64,000 bases of DNA from Candidatus Thorarchaeota archaeon (GCA_046758445.1 JBHIAE010000005.1:37070-101069), one strand, 5' to 3'; shown: positions 9,319-19,556, counted from the first letter of the stretch. The notes: a model not told the origin generated them from the sequence alone. Numbers and translations are program-made.

Positions 9319-10716
9319 ATGGAGAGCCTTGTCATGGTCGATGTGAAGAAGATCACTCAACTTTTGTCCGATGCTACTAGTCCCGACAGGGTCACTGACA
9401 AGGACTTCGATCTCATTTCCTATAGCAGAGATTTGAGCCCCGCGAAGCAGAAACTTCCATCTCACGTTGTACTGGCAGAAACCCGGGAGGAGATTCAGAA
9501 GATTCTTGCGATTGCGAACAAGAATGATGTCCCGGTCTATATACGGGGCGGAGGCACTTCCCATTGGGATGCTTTTTTGCCTCAGGAACCAGGCATTATG
9601 GTTGACCTAGCACGTATGAATAAGGTCCTTGAAATAAACGAGAGAGACCTTGTAGTGACAGTGCAGCCGAACTGCACCTGGGCGAAGATGGATGAAGAAC
9701 TACGGAAGAGAGGCCTGACGTATCTTTGCAGTGAAGCCGGAGGCCCGGCTATGACCGTGGGCGGTTCTGTCATGAAGGCAGGTGGCGGACCACATTCCAC
9801 GGCCAAGTTCGGCTTCCACGGCAACCAAGATGTGATTTGTCTGGAGATGGTGCTACCCAATGGCGACGTTGTCCAGACTGGTTCCGCGGCTTGGCCGAGT
9901 GCAGGGAAGTTTGAGCGACAATGCCTTGGACCAGACTTGGCTGGAATGTTTCTAGGAGCTGAAGGAATACTGGGTGTTTGCACCGAGTTGAGTCTTCGGA
10001 TTCGTCCAGCCGTTGATTTCAAGGAACGATTGAGCGCAGTCTTACCCACACTTGACGATGTAGTTGAGTTTGGCCATTTCATAAACAGGCATGTGGGCGA
10101 CGAGTACCTACAAGGAATCTACCTATGGGTTGCCCCAGACACCCCAGATCTCTTCTTCATAATGATGGACATCTTCGGATATGAGCCTGAGATTGTGAAG
10201 CACCGCAAGAAGAAGATACTGGACAAGATTGCTGAACTGGGTGGAGAGATTGCAGACCGTGCTCCAGCAGACGACTATTATGACCGCATTCTGACAGGGC
10301 TCACAGACTTGTTCACTGCTGGTGTCTGGCACTTCTTTGGTGCTGGGTCTCTCAGAATAGATGACATCAAGTTCCTGTACAAGATATGGCGAGAGGAGTT
10401 ACTTGAGAAACGTGGCTACACGAAGGCTGGATTCGGTGGACAGGTCCTACCACGAAGATGGCTGGCTTTCATGGTCACTAACTACAAGGAGCCAGAGGAA
10501 TGGGAGGAACTTGTGAAGATGGCCGACGAGATCGACGAGATGACCTTGAAAGGCCCGGTAGTACCCTACGGAGTGGGAGGACGAGACGGGCTTCGCCAAT
10601 TCGTGGCTTCGCATGATACAGGCTACTATCGATTGCTCAAGACACTCAAGCAGACTTTGGACCCAAAGAACATTCTACAGCGAGGCATATTCATCCCGGA
10701 GGAGGAGTTGCAGTGA
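9319..10716 (+). CDS. FAD-linked oxidase (GlcD / D-lactate dehydrogenase-like)
   Basis: FAD-binding PCMH-type N-terminal region 'VPVYIRGGGTSHWDAF...MVDLARMNKVLEINERDLVVTVQPN'. Confidence 0.8.
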   Translation: MESLVMVDVKKITQLLSDATSPDRVTDKDFDLISYSRDLSPAKQKLPSHVVLAETREEIQKILAIANKNDVPVYIRGGGTSHWDAFLPQEPGIMVDLARMNKVLEINERDLVVTVQPNCTWAKMDEELRKRGLTYLCSEAGGPAMTVGGSVMKAGGGPHSTAKFGFHGNQDVICLEMVLPNGDVVQTGSAAWPSAGKFERQCLGPDLAGMFLGAEGILGVCTELSLRIRPAVDFKERLSAVLPTLDDVVEFGHFINRHVGDEYLQGIYLWVAPDTPDLFFIMMDIFGYEPEIVKHRKKKILDKIAELGGEIADRAPADDYYDRILTGLTDLFTAGVWHFFGAGSLRIDDIKFLYKIWREELLEKRGYTKAGFGGQVLPRRWLAFMVTNYKEPEEWEELVKMADEIDEMTLKGPVVPYGVGGRDGLRQFVASHDTGYYRLLKTLKQTLDPKNILQRGIFIPEEELQ

Positions 10717-11909
10717 GAATCGAGGAATTCAAGGATATGATCTATGCCTGCGGCAGGTGCAACTTCTGTAGAGGCACAGATTTCAATGAGCGCTGCCCAG
10801 AGGTGTTCACTCAGTTGTGGGAATCATCCACACTCCGCGGTCGGATGGCGATTGCCAGAGGAATCCTTGAGGGTCAACTTGACTATTCAGACGACTTGGC
10901 TGAGCGCATCTTCGGATGCTTCATGTGTGGGCGGTGCAGAGAGGAGTGCAAGAAGGCTGCTCAGATTGATGCTATTGCCATCACTAAAGCAATGCGAGCA
11001 GATTTTGTCGATAAAGGTGTCAAGATTCCCGAGGGTGGCACCAACATGGTAGATACTGCCATAGACTCAGGTAACATCTTCGCTGACACTCCTGCTAGAC
11101 ATACGAAGTGGGCTGAGGGATTGACATTCAAGGAGGGCTCAGGGACTCTATTCTATCCCGGATGTCTGGCAAGTCATAGATTCAAAGAGAAGACTAACAT
11201 CTTGGTCAAAGTCCTACAAGCCGCGGGATACGAGCTCGACTTCCTGGGCGACGACCAGACATGCTGCGGTACACCATTTTGGATATCAGGAAAGGTCGGG
11301 AATGCGAAGGAATGGGCCGAGAACTACCTCAAGAAGCTGAATGCACGCGGAGTGAAGGAGATCATTACTCCATGTCCGAGCTGCTTCAGAGCTTTTGATG
11401 AAGAGTATCCAGCTCTGTTGGGACTGGAGGAGTTTCCAATCCGAATCAGGCACACCAGTGAAGTGCTCGAAGAGATAGTGGACAAGAAGAAGCTGAAGTT
11501 CAAGGTTTCTCTTGACAAGCGTGTCACCTATCACGATCCATGTGAGATTGGACGGTATAGAGAGATCTATGATCCTGGTAGGAAGGTTTTGTCCTCACTG
11601 CCAGGAGTAGAGTATGTGGAAATGTCAAGATACCGTGAGGAGGCATTCTGTTGCGGTGGAGGTGGCGGTGTCAAGATCATGTACGAGAATCACTCAAACA
11701 AAGTCGCCGAGGAACGAATCAATGACTTCATCGACACGGAGGCCGACATTCTAACTACAGTTTGTCCTGCCTGCGAAATGAACCTTACTCATGGCACCTA
11801 TGCGGCGGATGTCGAGGCGAGAGTTCTGGACATTGCTGAACTGATTGCGGTTGCCGCAGGAATTGTAGACAAGGGAATCCTTGAGCCAGACTATTTCCCA
11901 GAAGATTGA
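10713..11909 (+). CDS. Fe-S oxidoreductase with two CCG domains (GlcF / HdrD-like subunit)
   Basis: Ferredoxin-like 'CGRCNFCRG...CP' and 'CFMCGRCREEC' motifs plus two cysteine-rich CCG motifs ('QTCCGTPFW', 'AFCCGGGGG'). The GTGA start overlaps the upstream stop, so the pair is probably an operon. Confidence 0.8.
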   Translation: MRIEEFKDMIYACGRCNFCRGTDFNERCPEVFTQLWESSTLRGRMAIARGILEGQLDYSDDLAERIFGCFMCGRCREECKKAAQIDAIAITKAMRADFVDKGVKIPEGGTNMVDTAIDSGNIFADTPARHTKWAEGLTFKEGSGTLFYPGCLASHRFKEKTNILVKVLQAAGYELDFLGDDQTCCGTPFWISGKVGNAKEWAENYLKKLNARGVKEIITPCPSCFRAFDEEYPALLGLEEFPIRIRHTSEVLEEIVDKKKLKFKVSLDKRVTYHDPCEIGRYREIYDPGRKVLSSLPGVEYVEMSRYREEAFCCGGGGGVKIMYENHSNKVAEERINDFIDTEADILTTVCPACEMNLTHGTYAADVEARVLDIAELIAVAAGIVDKGILEPDYFPED

Positions 11910-11963
11910 CTGCACGGAAGCTGATCCCTGTCGCAATCCTTGATGCAAGAAGCTGCAACAGCA

Positions 11964-12254
11964 CTACCCGCCGACGGCTGCTATCATGAAGACAATGAGG
12001 TCTCCTTTTGAGAGCTTGGTCCTCTCTCCCTGATGTGCGACCATGTTCTTCCCATTCACAAGAACGATTGCGTCGCGCCTGAGTCTTCTACTCCCCTTCT
12101 CTTCAAGGTAGGGTTCAAACCTGTCTTCAAACTTGTCCTGTAGCTCGTCAATCAGGTCTCTCACGGTCGCTCCCTCTTTAGTTTCAAAGCTAAACTTATC
12201 ATGTTCGTGGGATTTCAATCCGCGATTCATGAGCTTCACGAAGACTTCAGTCAT
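11964..12254 (-). CDS. Ubiquitin-like small archaeal modifier protein / MoaD-ThiS family (C-terminal Gly-Gly)
   Basis: 96 aa with a beta-grasp-like pattern that ends exactly in '...AAVGG' followed by stop. Confidence 0.6.
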   Translation of the reverse strand: MTEVFVKLMNRGLKSHEHDKFSFETKEGATVRDLIDELQDKFEDRFEPYLEEKGSRRLRRDAIVLVNGKNMVAHQGERTKLSKGDLIVFMIAAVGG

Positions 12255-12501
12255 TTGACCACACCTTTGGCCTTGTGGTCTAGATACCTAAAGTTTAAGT
12301 TAAATATGACGGAGCTGGACTCTAGCAGGCAGGCATTAGACATATTCTAGGTCTTAAAGTGTTGAATCCTCTACTGAGTGTTGAACAATGCGTTGCTTTG
12401 TCTGCACGAAAGAGATATAGCCTATTCATGGTTCGCGCATTGTACAAACGAGAACAGGGAATTAGCCACTGACAGGGAAAAGCGAAGGTTGCTGGTCTAC
12501 G

Positions 12502-13287
12502 TTGACTGAACCGAACGGACATAGAACTACACTGAGGGAATGGCTTGCGGCTCACGCACGCTCTGAGCCAGTCCATTATAGGAAGATTGCTGAAGCTTTA
12601 GGCAGAGATGCTGCATCCGTTTCAGCATCGCTCTCAATTGAGCGAAAGCAAGCTGAGGAAGACAATCGGCCGCCTTACTTCGTCCGAGTCGGATCTGGAC
12701 TATATCAGTACAATGATCTATGCGAAGGGGCTGTCGACGAGGACCTCATCAGGGAGGTCCGGGCTCGCGCCGACGAGTTCAATCTCGTTACGCGAAGGGA
12801 AATGCGGCAAAGAATCTCAAAGCTCAGCCTTGATAGTTTCGAAGAGCTCGCTAAGATAGTCCTTCTGAATATCCGTGCCCGTGTAGAAGAGGCGAGGGTG
12901 GTCCGAAGGTATGACAATACGGTAGTAATGACTGTATCTTGGCGAGATGATGGTGGCCGTTCTCCTGTTGTGGTCTATGCGAAGAAGTGTAGATTCGATG
13001 AGAAGATCGAGAGCGATACGATACTGGAGATTCGAGGTTCCTTGCCGACCTACCAGGCAAACCAAGGTGTACTAATAACCAATGGCATTGTATCCGCTCA
13101 GGCAAAGAGTGAGGCATTGGGATATGCTGGTACCGATGTGAAGGTTTCCGTGCCTCCAGTCCACTTGATGGATATCGACATTCTACTGAATGTGCTTCTC
13201 GAGAGCAGGACTGGTGTCAGAACGAGAAGCGTGGAAGTGCTGCTCCCGGACGATGAGTTCTGGGAACACTTGACGAGCCGGGGCTAG
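12502..13287 (+). CDS. Mrr-like restriction endonuclease (N-terminal wHTH plus Mrr_cat-like C-terminus)
   Basis: C-terminal 'VVVYAKKC...QANQGVLITNGIVSAQAKSEA' resembles the Mrr catalytic core with a (Q/E)xK-like motif and the ITt..fs..A tail. The N-terminus looks like a winged helix. Confidence 0.55.
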   Translation: MTEPNGHRTTLREWLAAHARSEPVHYRKIAEALGRDAASVSASLSIERKQAEEDNRPPYFVRVGSGLYQYNDLCEGAVDEDLIREVRARADEFNLVTRREMRQRISKLSLDSFEELAKIVLLNIRARVEEARVVRRYDNTVVMTVSWRDDGGRSPVVVYAKKCRFDEKIESDTILEIRGSLPTYQANQGVLITNGIVSAQAKSEALGYAGTDVKVSVPPVHLMDIDILLNVLLESRTGVRTRSVEVLLPDDEFWEHLTSRG

Positions 13288-13399
13288 TTCTCATAGCCAT
13301 AACATTTTTATCAGGGGTCAGGTGGAGCACAGTCAGTTTTCGGCTCATTGCGGCTTCGAGGCAAGAGATTTGTTTTTGTCGATTCGATTCTCGACAATT

Positions 13400-13455
13400 C
13401 CTAGATGATTGTTAATCTTTCATAATCAAAACGCGCCTTAAGGTTTTAATAGAGG
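13400..13455 (+). promoter_or_regulatory. AT-rich promoter-like region with TATA-like motifs (TTTCATAATC, TTTTAATA) upstream of the permease gene
   Basis: This is the only AT-rich stretch in the 245-bp intergenic spacer. Its distance to the ATG implies a long leader. Confidence 0.25.
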
Positions 13456-13532
13456 AGACGCACTACTTCTGGTTCATCACGGAGAGAGAATTAACGATTC
13501 ACCGTGAGAAAACAAATGGAGAAGAACGCAAA

Positions 13533-15074
13533 ATGGGCGAGGAAGAAAAACTTCTTTTCGTGCGTGAAAGCTCCGGCCTAGTGAAGGAAGTAGGTACGGG
13601 CTTCGCCCTCATTCTTCCGATAGCACTGACTCTTGGACCGTGGTTCCACTACTTCGGACCGCAGGTTTCAACCTGGTATGCAGGCGCGCATCTCATACCG
13701 ATGTACTCCATCGGTGCAGCAATTGTCTTCTTTGAGGCAATCAGCCTCATGGTCTTGATGCTTGCTATGCCGAGATCAGGAGCCTCCTACCACTTTACAG
13801 GTAGAGGTCTGAGTCCGATCTTTGGTGTTATGGAAGGCTGGCGAAGTGTTATCACAAACCCCGTCTTCAGAGGCACTGGCAGCTTCTTTGCAGTACAAAT
13901 CTTCGCAGGCGGTCTTACTGTTGTTGGAACAGCAACCGGCAACACCGGTCTTGTAGACGCAGCAGCATACCTAGGATCAGATCCCATTGCGCTATTCGTA
14001 GCAGCAGCCGCGATGATCTTCATTGGATTCATCTTTAGCTATCTCAGCGTCAGGATGCTGGGCTGGTTTACGATAATCCTGGGAATCATCAGCATACTTG
14101 CGCTACTCGTAGCAGACATGGTTATGCTAGCGACTCCGATAACTCAGAGTGTCTGGGAGAATGCGATGGGTACCGGTACGTGGGCCCCAATAGCTGCATT
14201 TGACAATAGTGCCTATGTAACCTTTAAGCCGGCTGCGGTTGGCCCGGCGCTCCTTCTGACAGTTGGAGGTATGTGGCCATATCTGATAATGCCTGTAGCG
14301 GGTGAAGTGGCTCAGCCCAGTAGAAACATCCCCCTGAGCAATCTGGGAGGTTGGGCTGGTATCGCCTTCTTCTTCCTGCTGTCGGCCTTTGCGGTCGAGG
14401 TCAGCATGGGACCCTATCTGTACGGCATAAACTCTGTCGGTGGAGTGTTCCCGGGATTCGGCAACTATGCTGCAGTAATCTTGGCTGACAACCCGCTGGC
14501 TTGGTTTGTGATACTATGTCCAATCTATGCGAGTGTGCTAGACTCCCCGAGCAATGCTCTGTGGGTAACTAGACCGATGCACTCCATGGCAATGGACAGG
14601 TTCTGTCCTGAGGCATTTGCTAGTGTCCATCCGAAGTATCATGTGCCACACATCACACTGTACTTCTGGCTGATACTGTCGCTAGGAACAGTTGCCTACG
14701 CTACTATCCTAGTGATGTTCTTCGGAACAGCATTGTCAGCACTAATAGGCGTGGCCTTCACGTACGTGTTCATCAGATGGCAGATGCAGCTAGCTGCAGT
14801 GTCATTACCGTACTACCGGCCTACCTTATGGGAGCGAAGTGGTGCCTGGAAGTTCCTAGGTATACCGCTTGTGGCCATTGGTGGCCTTGTAGCTGGTGCA
14901 GCATTCTTCTATGCTATGATAGCATACATACCTGATCCCAATGTCGCTTTCGAGGTCTGGTTCACCGTAATCGTGTATCTGATTGGTCAATTGGCATACA
15001 TGTACTACGGAGCCAAGAACAAGGCCAAAGGCATAGAGATGTCTGCCATATTCGGACAACTTCCACCAGAGTAG
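13533..15074 (+). CDS. Polytopic membrane transporter, APC (amino acid/polyamine/organocation)-like permease
   Basis: 513 aa with about 12 hydrophobic segments and an N-terminal glycine-rich TM1 region. The family assignment is from overall architecture only. Confidence 0.5.
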   Translation: MGEEEKLLFVRESSGLVKEVGTGFALILPIALTLGPWFHYFGPQVSTWYAGAHLIPMYSIGAAIVFFEAISLMVLMLAMPRSGASYHFTGRGLSPIFGVMEGWRSVITNPVFRGTGSFFAVQIFAGGLTVVGTATGNTGLVDAAAYLGSDPIALFVAAAAMIFIGFIFSYLSVRMLGWFTIILGIISILALLVADMVMLATPITQSVWENAMGTGTWAPIAAFDNSAYVTFKPAAVGPALLLTVGGMWPYLIMPVAGEVAQPSRNIPLSNLGGWAGIAFFFLLSAFAVEVSMGPYLYGINSVGGVFPGFGNYAAVILADNPLAWFVILCPIYASVLDSPSNALWVTRPMHSMAMDRFCPEAFASVHPKYHVPHITLYFWLILSLGTVAYATILVMFFGTALSALIGVAFTYVFIRWQMQLAAVSLPYYRPTLWERSGAWKFLGIPLVAIGGLVAGAAFFYAMIAYIPDPNVAFEVWFTVIVYLIGQLAYMYYGAKNKAKGIEMSAIFGQLPPE

Positions 15075-15079
15075 AACGC

Positions 15080-15120
15080 ACTTTAGCTGAAGAGAGCAGC
15101 AAGCTCTCTTCTCCCCTTTC
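15080..15120 (+). terminator. Hairpin (AAGAGAGC-agcaa-GCTCTCTT) followed by a C/T-rich tract, 6 nt after the permease stop codon
   Basis: Perfect 8-bp inverted repeat at 15080-15100, then 'ctcccctttcttttatc'. Confidence 0.4.
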
Positions 15121-15240
15121 TTTTATCATATCAACAGCAGGACTACTCGGCACTCTATCGTACTGAATTGTCATCCGCCATAGCTAATGGAATTCCGTTC
15201 GATTCCGAGACTAGCAGACTGAGCTCTGAAGTGGCTACTC

Positions 15241-16167
15241 CTATTCAACGAAGTCATAGATAGGCGGGAACCTGTTTCTACTGGCTTTCGAGGAGAATGC
15301 GTCAAGGTCCTTCCAAGTCTTATGGAATCGTGACGGGAAGGATCTAGGTCTAATCAGAAGCAATTCATCGACATCCTCTGAAGCCCTATAAGATTCAAGA
15401 GCACTCTCTGCCTTGTCACAGAAATCGCGTCGGTCTTCGTTATCCAATACCTGTTGTCGATATGTATAGGAGTCCTCGTGCCACTCATAGCGGACTTCGA
15501 ACTCGTAGTCGTCCGAGAAGACTCTCCTGATTAGTTTCCATGGCCAGAATGTGGACATCTGTTCAAGTTGTTCTCCAGTTCCATAGAGGTCAATTGCCAT
15601 TCCCTCTTTGCAGTAAACATAGTCTGGACCTCTCTCTCTGAACTTCTCGTTGGGCTTTGCCATGCGCCCTTTCTTAGCCCAATCATACCATTGGGCTCTC
15701 TTCTTACCAAGAACTTCACAGTTGTCCACGATATATCTGACTGCAGCAGCTGTTCCGTGATGTGCCAATCCCGGTAGAGGCGGACGCTCTAGCCGTTTCT
15801 CCAAGAGGTCCAGAACTGTTGGCACGTCCTCAATCGGAATTGCGCCCCATATCGGAAAGAATGCCTGGCCTAAGGGCATCAAGTAGAGATACAACAAACC
15901 AGCGGTTCCAATCGGTTCGTAGCCTTCTGGTAACTCTTCATCCACTGGCCACGTTTTGTCGCCTTTACAGTAGAGCACATTACATACCTCAAATGAAACG
16001 ACTTCATCCAGGTTTGCATCAAACATTGCTTCATACTGCTTTTTCCTCTTCTCGCGCGGCAAAATGAACCTCGCTTGTTGGCGATTGATCTGGACTTCGC
16101 TCTTCCTTTCACTGAAGGGGTCGATTCCTAGGTATTCAATATCCGGCAGTCTTTCATCTTTAGTCAT
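15241..16167 (-). CDS. Hypothetical protein
   Basis: 308-aa ORF with no recognisable motif, divergent from the next gene. Confidence 0.45.
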   Translation of the reverse strand: MTKDERLPDIEYLGIDPFSERKSEVQINRQQARFILPREKRKKQYEAMFDANLDEVVSFEVCNVLYCKGDKTWPVDEELPEGYEPIGTAGLLYLYLMPLGQAFFPIWGAIPIEDVPTVLDLLEKRLERPPLPGLAHHGTAAAVRYIVDNCEVLGKKRAQWYDWAKKGRMAKPNEKFRERGPDYVYCKEGMAIDLYGTGEQLEQMSTFWPWKLIRRVFSDDYEFEVRYEWHEDSYTYRQQVLDNEDRRDFCDKAESALESYRASEDVDELLLIRPRSFPSRFHKTWKDLDAFSSKASRNRFPPIYDFVE

Positions 16168-16284
16168 TTCGTTGATGTCCCCCTGTCATTGGGAGTTCCA
16201 AACGGAGCACCAATATGAGGTCGTGGACCTGTTTCCGGATAGTACGCTCTTAAACGAAGCGGTTCTCACAATAGTAAACGTTAT

Positions 16285-17025
16285 TTGACGGTTGTAACGA
16301 GGCTCCGAACAAGAGGACTTTTCACCATGAGTCGTCGAAAAAAGCGAGAGAAGCGTGCGCCCTCGATTTCGCTTGACAACTTTGAGTTTGATCCTTCAGG
16401 ACTTGACCTGAAGCACAGTAGGAACCTGATGACCGTGCTGGATGCCTACCGCATCAACAGGACTTACGGCTTGGATTTCATCGACAAGGGGATCAAGGAG
16501 GGCAAGTTGCCAAGGTCCTTCATCCAGCAATGGGGAACAATCAAGTCTGTTCTCCACAGATTAGCTGCTATTGGACCGAAAGTACCTGGAGTGGAGTCCT
16601 CTATGAATAGGCGACAGACCGTATCCTTTGCCGCAATGGCCCTGCTCACCATTACGGCACCAATGCTTCTGTTAACTTGGGTATTCCAGCTAGACGTTCT
16701 TCAGCCAATAGCTTTGCCGCTTGCAGTCGTTGCAATGGCCGTAGTCCTCATAAGCTGGCTCACATCTGCCTGGTACAATCGCAAAGTAGCATGGGCGATC
16801 CATAACTACTTGGAGGAGCACCCGGAGGTGGGAGCCAAGGAAAGACTCCACCTTCACAAGTGGGTTCAAGTCCTCATCTATCATACTGCTCGCTTGCTAC
16901 GGATCGGCAATGTCGACCCTGAGAAGAAACTTGTCAAGTTCTTTAATGACGATTACAAGGGAATAATCGTGATGAAGGAACCACAGGGCATGAGAAAGAA
17001 CTACGTTGTCAAGATCAGAGTATAG
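16285..17025 (+). CDS. Hypothetical membrane protein
   Basis: 246 aa with two or three hydrophobic helices in the middle. Confidence 0.45.
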   Translation: MTVVTRLRTRGLFTMSRRKKREKRAPSISLDNFEFDPSGLDLKHSRNLMTVLDAYRINRTYGLDFIDKGIKEGKLPRSFIQQWGTIKSVLHRLAAIGPKVPGVESSMNRRQTVSFAAMALLTITAPMLLLTWVFQLDVLQPIALPLAVVAMAVVLISWLTSAWYNRKVAWAIHNYLEEHPEVGAKERLHLHKWVQVLIYHTARLLRIGNVDPEKKLVKFFNDDYKGIIVMKEPQGMRKNYVVKIRV

Positions 17026-17130
17026 GCTAAAGTACAAGGAGATACTCACAATGCAGTCCTAGATACAGCTCGATCAGTGTGAAGAGATGGTTAACCTATT
17101 AGTTTCAGTTGGACGTCATGCACTCCTGTT

Positions 17131-18246
17131 TCACACTAGATCTTCTATTGGTTTGTAGTCAAGGTCGAAATCAAAGTGCCTTGGACCCAGAACATTGAGT
17201 CCCTTAGGCTCCCGGAAGATCTTCTCAGCCTTCATCCCAATGACGCTGACTTCGTCGCCTTTCTTTATGTCTGTGTTAGTGATGGGCTCCCCAGAGTTTG
17301 CGTCGATTATCTCGATAATGTCTGGACTTGTCACCCAAGGCTTGCCATCTAGCCAAGTAATATGGTTCTCGTTCTTGAACCACACTTTCAGCTTGTTGCC
17401 CGGCTTCGCTCCACTTCCTTCAATCAGCGTTTCACCCCACATGTAGCCAGCACGATTTTCCCATTCCCTCTCAACTACCTTGCCCCTAAAGAGAACCCAT
17501 CCACCGACACTCTCAATGATCTTGTCAGCCGGGTCATCTCCCGACTCTCGACTCTCTCGGATTATCTTACCCACTTTGTAGCTCTTTGAGAGGGTTCCCG
17601 GGATGATTGCTTCATGGAAGTCAGAACCCTTCAGAGGAAACGCAACGTTTCCAAGGCGACCCCATGCAACCTCACTCAAAGCCTTTGAGATGCGTTCACC
17701 CATCTCATAGTTGATGACATGCGTAACAACCGCCTTGTTCCCGTACCAATCGATGAGTGCCATGGGCGCCATGGAGAAGCCCTTTATGCAGACCGTGTTC
17801 TGGCATATCTCGGGAACCGCTCTTGCTGAGTAGTCTCCATCAACACACGGAATTCCATGCTTCACTGCAGCATCAATGGGTGCTGGTGTGTTCACTCCAC
17901 CAAGCTCAAATGGAGCCGCGGCGGAGAATTTGATGTCCATGTACTCCTCAAGTGCAGCCAAGCCTGCAGCCAGCTCTTTCTCGTAGAAGTCCCAAGGAAA
18001 TCGCGCGCGCAGGGCTTCTATCTTAGGAGTCGGGGGGGCAATTGTTCCTGAGTAATATGGACACGCCACCCAATTGTCATCCTTCACCCTGTCGACATCA
18101 ATTATCTCGATTCGCGTTCCAGCATCTACATGCGGATATAGCATGTTCAGCCCGAGTTCCTTGGAACCACCTCCGCCGGTCCCAAAGAACGTACAACCTA
18201 TTGTGAGATCCTCAACATCTGTCCTAGTCTTCAAAACCAGTGTCAA
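17131..18246 (-). CDS. DUF917-family protein (paralog 1)
   Basis: N-terminal 'IGCTFFGTGGGGS' glycine-rich motif and ~370-aa length typical of DUF917. Homologous to the ORF at 20411-21529. Confidence 0.65.
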   Translation of the reverse strand: MTLVLKTRTDVEDLTIGCTFFGTGGGGSKELGLNMLYPHVDAGTRIEIIDVDRVKDDNWVACPYYSGTIAPPTPKIEALRARFPWDFYEKELAAGLAALEEYMDIKFSAAAPFELGGVNTPAPIDAAVKHGIPCVDGDYSARAVPEICQNTVCIKGFSMAPMALIDWYGNKAVVTHVINYEMGERISKALSEVAWGRLGNVAFPLKGSDFHEAIIPGTLSKSYKVGKIIRESRESGDDPADKIIESVGGWVLFRGKVVEREWENRAGYMWGETLIEGSGAKPGNKLKVWFKNENHITWLDGKPWVTSPDIIEIIDANSGEPITNTDIKKGDEVSVIGMKAEKIFREPKGLNVLGPRHFDFDLDYKPIEDLV

Positions 18247-18401
18247 TCAGACCCAGCCTCTGTTTAAGCTTGTTAAACTCCAGTTGACTCCACTGCTATA
18301 TATTTCCAATGGAGAGAATGGACTGGTGTCATTTACTAGGTGCCGTACAGAAGAAGGAAGGGAGGTGTTATGTGCACTCTCCCCACACGTGAAGGCCAGA
18401 C

Positions 18402-19343
18402 TTAGAGCTCAACTCGTCCTGCGTTAACCTTTCCATCCTCGATGTTGATTACGAAACCCTTCAGGATTCCCTCTCTGTACTCGGAGCCGGGATTGACACT
18501 GAGTGTTCTTCCTATTCTCCTGTACCCAACCGATTCATGGATGTGACCATGCATTCCGAGCAACGGTTGATACTTCTCTATGACTGCCCTGACGGATTTG
18601 CTACCTACAGGAACCATTAGTTCATGTGCGCCTGCCTTGGCCACTCTGTGGTCTTCAGTCAGCTGCGGCGCAACATCGAGCCCTGAGTTATATGGAGGGT
18701 CGTGAAAGTTGCATAGCACATTTGAGTAGTCATCTGTTTCCAAGCGGGCAAACTCTGCTTCCAGCTTTTCCAAGAGTTCCTCATCAGGGCATTCTCTGTG
18801 AGTGTCCCATGGAGTGGAGTTGACCCATTCCAAGCTTATCATAGGGTAGCCTCGCACATCGATGACTTTCTTGAGAGGATAGATCACTCTCGGGTCCTTC
18901 GCGATGACCTCATCGATGGAGTAATCGTCATCATTCCCCGGATTGACTACAACCATTACTTCCTCTGGGATTCTCTCATTAGCCATGTCCATCCATTCTT
19001 GGATTCTCTCAACCATCAGAACTTGGAAGAGCTTGGTGATTGATCCCGGAGTTTCTCGAAGCTGAGCAAGCTCTTCCTGAGTAAGGATCTTAGGGTAGTA
19101 TCCCTCATCCTTTGTGAACTTGATGAAGTTATCGAGATCTTTCTGCTTCTTGAATGTCTTTTTGCTGCCATGCGGTTGTACATACCATCTATCTTCTTTC
19201 TCTTGAATGATGGGCATTATCGCTTTACCAGTGAGATCTCCACACATCATCGCAACATCAGCCTTGAAGACCTTAGGAGCACGGCACATCTTCTCCCAAG
19301 TCTGTTGTGATCCGTGCGGGTCCGCAGCTAGGAATATCCTCAT
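18402..19343 (-). CDS. Calcineurin-like metallophosphoesterase
   Basis: N-terminal 'MRIFLAADPHGS', then 'GDLTGK', 'GNDDD' and 'HGHIHE', matching the metallophosphatase motifs. Confidence 0.75.
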   Translation of the reverse strand: MRIFLAADPHGSQQTWEKMCRAPKVFKADVAMMCGDLTGKAIMPIIQEKEDRWYVQPHGSKKTFKKQKDLDNFIKFTKDEGYYPKILTQEELAQLRETPGSITKLFQVLMVERIQEWMDMANERIPEEVMVVVNPGNDDDYSIDEVIAKDPRVIYPLKKVIDVRGYPMISLEWVNSTPWDTHRECPDEELLEKLEAEFARLETDDYSNVLCNFHDPPYNSGLDVAPQLTEDHRVAKAGAHELMVPVGSKSVRAVIEKYQPLLGMHGHIHESVGYRRIGRTLSVNPGSEYREGILKGFVINIEDGKVNAGRVEL

Positions 19344-19556
19344 ATCATTACCTCGCCTATTTGTCTTCGTGAATCCTGTCAGAGTTCATTGACTTGACAA
19401 TATCAGATTGTCGATTCGAGAGAAAGCGTCGGTTTAAAATCTAATGGTACAACAGCTTTTACTAACTTTAAGATAGCACGACAGTCGTGCCATGGCACAA
19501 CATATTAATGTCATCCATCTACCTCTTCGACGATAGTTCAGATTACCATCTTTGAG

